Assembly: GCA_963803435.1 (NCBI GenBank) | Contig: CAWDML010000005.1 | Coordinates: 224,001-288,000 of the forward strand | Length of the DNA: 64,000 nucleotides | Direction: 5' to 3' | DNA from: an uncultured delta proteobacterium | GTDB lineage: Bacteria; Myxococcota; Kuafuiibacteriia; Kuafuiibacteriales; Kuafuiibacteriaceae | Shown: positions 62,104 to 64,000 of the stretch, piece after piece | Position numbering within the stretch: the first letter of the stretch is position 1 | How the letters are laid out: each line of letters starts with the position of its first letter | Translations under genes and position numbers: made by a program | The notes under the pieces: model-generated | The model's input: only the letters and a program-made list of their open reading frames with translations | Told to the model about the DNA's origin: nothing | Database searches by the model: none

Positions 62104-64000
62104 ATGAGGAGCGCACAGCCAGGGCGTTCGCGCGACGGCTGGTTGGCCGGGCTCCTCCTCTCGCTGGCACCGATCCCTCCGGTCCTCCACTCGGCGATCA
62201 CGCACGTCGCGCCCTCCGGGTGGCACTGGGCGCCGATCGGTACCGCCAGCGCGTTCATCGCCATCGCCGGCGTGCTCCTCCTCGCCACCCGCTCGGGCGG
62301 ACGCGTGCTGGCGACCGCCGGCATCCTGCTGACCGTCGGCAGCTTCGGGGTGCAGCTGGCCACCCGCCCGGGTCCGGCGTTCTTCGTGGGCGTGCTGGTG
62401 ATGGCGATCCTCTCCCGGCTGTGGTCCGACCCACCGCTCGACGATCCCCGGCCCGACGCGCTCTCGATGGCCAAGGGCGCGCTCCTCCCCGCGATCCTGG
62501 TCTGGTTCGTGGTCGGGCCCGGCGCAGTGACGGGCGACTCGATCTCGGTGGCCTGCGCGCTGATCACCGGCGGTCTGGCCGAGCTCTTCACGCTGATCGC
62601 GCTCTTGCGGGGCGCCGTGCGTGCACCCGCGCTCTACGTGGTGCTGCCGCTGGCGACGATCGTGCTCCTCGCCGGAATGTTGCGGCTCCACCACGAGGAC
62701 GCCCTGGCAGCGGCGCCGCTCCTGGTGCTCTTGATCCTGCTCTTCTCAGGCGAGCGCCAGGCGGCCCAGACGCCGGAGACCTTCTGGGAGCAGCTGCTCG
62801 CGAACCCCGCGCCGCTCCTGGTCGCGACCTTCGTCGCGCTCGGCCTGACCGGTGCCATCCTGCTCTGGATCCCGGTCTCGACGACCCACCTGGGCGGGAT
62901 CGACTTCATCGACTCGCTCTTCACCTCGATCAGCGCGTGCTGCGTCACCGGCCTGATCGTGCTGGATACGCCCGTCGACTTCACCTTCTTCGGGCAGGCG
63001 ACGATCGCGGTGCTGATCCAGGTCGGCGGCCTCGGGATCATGACCTTCTCCACCGCCACCCTGGCGCTGCTCCGCCGTCGCGCCAGCATGCGGCACGAGC
63101 GCGCGCTCGCCGATCTGATCGGCGCCGAGGGCCGCGAGGAGACGATGCGCGCCGTGCGGGAGATCCTGATCGTCACGTTCACGGCCGAGCTGATCGGCGC
63201 GACCGTCCTGGCGTTCCGATTCGTCGTGCATCACGGCGATCCGGTGGGACGCGGGATCTGGCGGGCCTGCTTCACCGCCATCTCGGCGTTCTGCAACGCC
63301 GGCTTCGCGCTCCAGAGCGACAACCTCATCACCTACCAGAACGATCCGATCGTGCTCCACGCCGTGGCCGCGCTGGTCCTGCTCGGTGGGCTGGGCCCGG
63401 CGATCGTGGTGGTGCTGCCGGGGATCGTCCGGCGCGGCCGCTTCAACGCCTACCAGGCGCTGGTGCTGGTCACGACGGCCTTCCTGCTGGTGGCCCCGTT
63501 CGTCGCCTTCTCCGCGATCGAGTGGAACAACACGCTGGCGGGCCTCTCGATCCCGGCGCGCCTGCACAACGCCTGGCTCCAGGTGGTCTCGCCTCGCACC
63601 GCCGGCTTCAACTCGATCGACACGTCGGGGCTGCATCCGGCGACGGTCTTGATGATGATGGCGCTGATGTTCATCGGCGGCAGCCCGGGCTCGACCGCGG
63701 GCGGCATCAAGACCACCTCGTTCGCGATCCTCTTCCTGGGCGTGGTCTCGGTGATGCGCGGCGCCCCCTATGCGACGGTCCACCTGCGGCGGATCTCGCA
63801 CCGCACCGTGTACAAGGCGATCGCAGTGACGGCCTGCGGATTCATCGTGATCGGCGCGGCTTCGACGGCCCTGCTCTTGACGCAGGACATCGAGCCGATG
63901 ACCGCCATCTTCGAGGTCATCTCCGCGCTCGGGACTGTCGGCCTGTCGCTGGGCGCCACCTCGCAGCTCGACGTCGTCGGTAAGGTCGTGATCATCGGTT
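62104..64000 (+). CDS. trkH: TrkH/KtrB K+ uptake permease with N-terminal membrane extension (3'-truncated; absent from ORF track)
   Basis: Pore loops SACCVTGL, SAFCNAGF, RTAGFNS and SALGTVGLS; FIGGSPGSTAGGIKTT. Confidence 0.9.
   Translation, partial: MRSAQPGRSRDGWLAGLLLSLAPIPPVLHSAITHVAPSGWHWAPIGTASAFIAIAGVLLLATRSGGRVLATAGILLTVGSFGVQLATRPGPAFFVGVLVMAILSRLWSDPPLDDPRPDALSMAKGALLPAILVWFVVGPGAVTGDSISVACALITGGLAELFTLIALLRGAVRAPALYVVLPLATIVLLAGMLRLHHEDALAAAPLLVLLILLFSGERQAAQTPETFWEQLLANPAPLLVATFVALGLTGAILLWIPVSTTHLGGIDFIDSLFTSISACCVTGLIVLDTPVDFTFFGQATIAVLIQVGGLGIMTFSTATLALLRRRASMRHERALADLIGAEGREETMRAVREILIVTFTAELIGATVLAFRFVVHHGDPVGRGIWRACFTAISAFCNAGFALQSDNLITYQNDPIVLHAVAALVLLGGLGPAIVVVLPGIVRRGRFNAYQALVLVTTAFLLVAPFVAFSAIEWNNTLAGLSIPARLHNAWLQVVSPRTAGFNSIDTSGLHPATVLMMMALMFIGGSPGSTAGGIKTTSFAILFLGVVSVMRGAPYATVHLRRISHRTVYKAIAVTACGFIVIGAASTALLLTQDIEPMTAIFEVISALGTVGLSLGATSQLDVVGKVVIIG

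Overview
High-GC bacterial DNA, almost certainly Myxococcota: three MYXO-CTERM-type tags, three Hanks-type Ser/Thr kinase genes, FHA and sigma54 activators and PEGA proteins. About 43 genes are supported; no rRNA, tRNA, CRISPR or transposase was recognised. Recognisable genes include katE, an iorAB-type molybdoenzyme with a c-type cytochrome, fdxA, a SWIM-SNF2 helicase, an RlmL-like methyltransferase, a BoxD/PaaZ-like aldehyde dehydrogenase, LarA-domain and HAD-IB genes, and a partial TrkH/KtrB. Several genes in the first 38 kb are split by single-base indels, most likely read or assembly errors. Most notable: (1) a ~1340-aa ORF joining an adhesin (Asp-box propeller, disintegrin-like and Cys-rich stalk, internal MYXO-CTERM) to a second signal peptide, beta-barrel and OmpA domain, i.e. 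a TraA-TraB-like polyprotein; (2) two matching 52-bp repeat arrays flanking a SARP/BTAD-ATPase regulator; (3) a hemerythrin fused to an ODP domain that has lost its metal ligands; (4) a BPI/LBP-like lipoprotein with MYXO-CTERM; (5) a lower-GC islet with an MppJ/MrsA-like methyltransferase and a gentisate-dioxygenase-like cupin. All calls come from reading motifs by eye; no searches were run.
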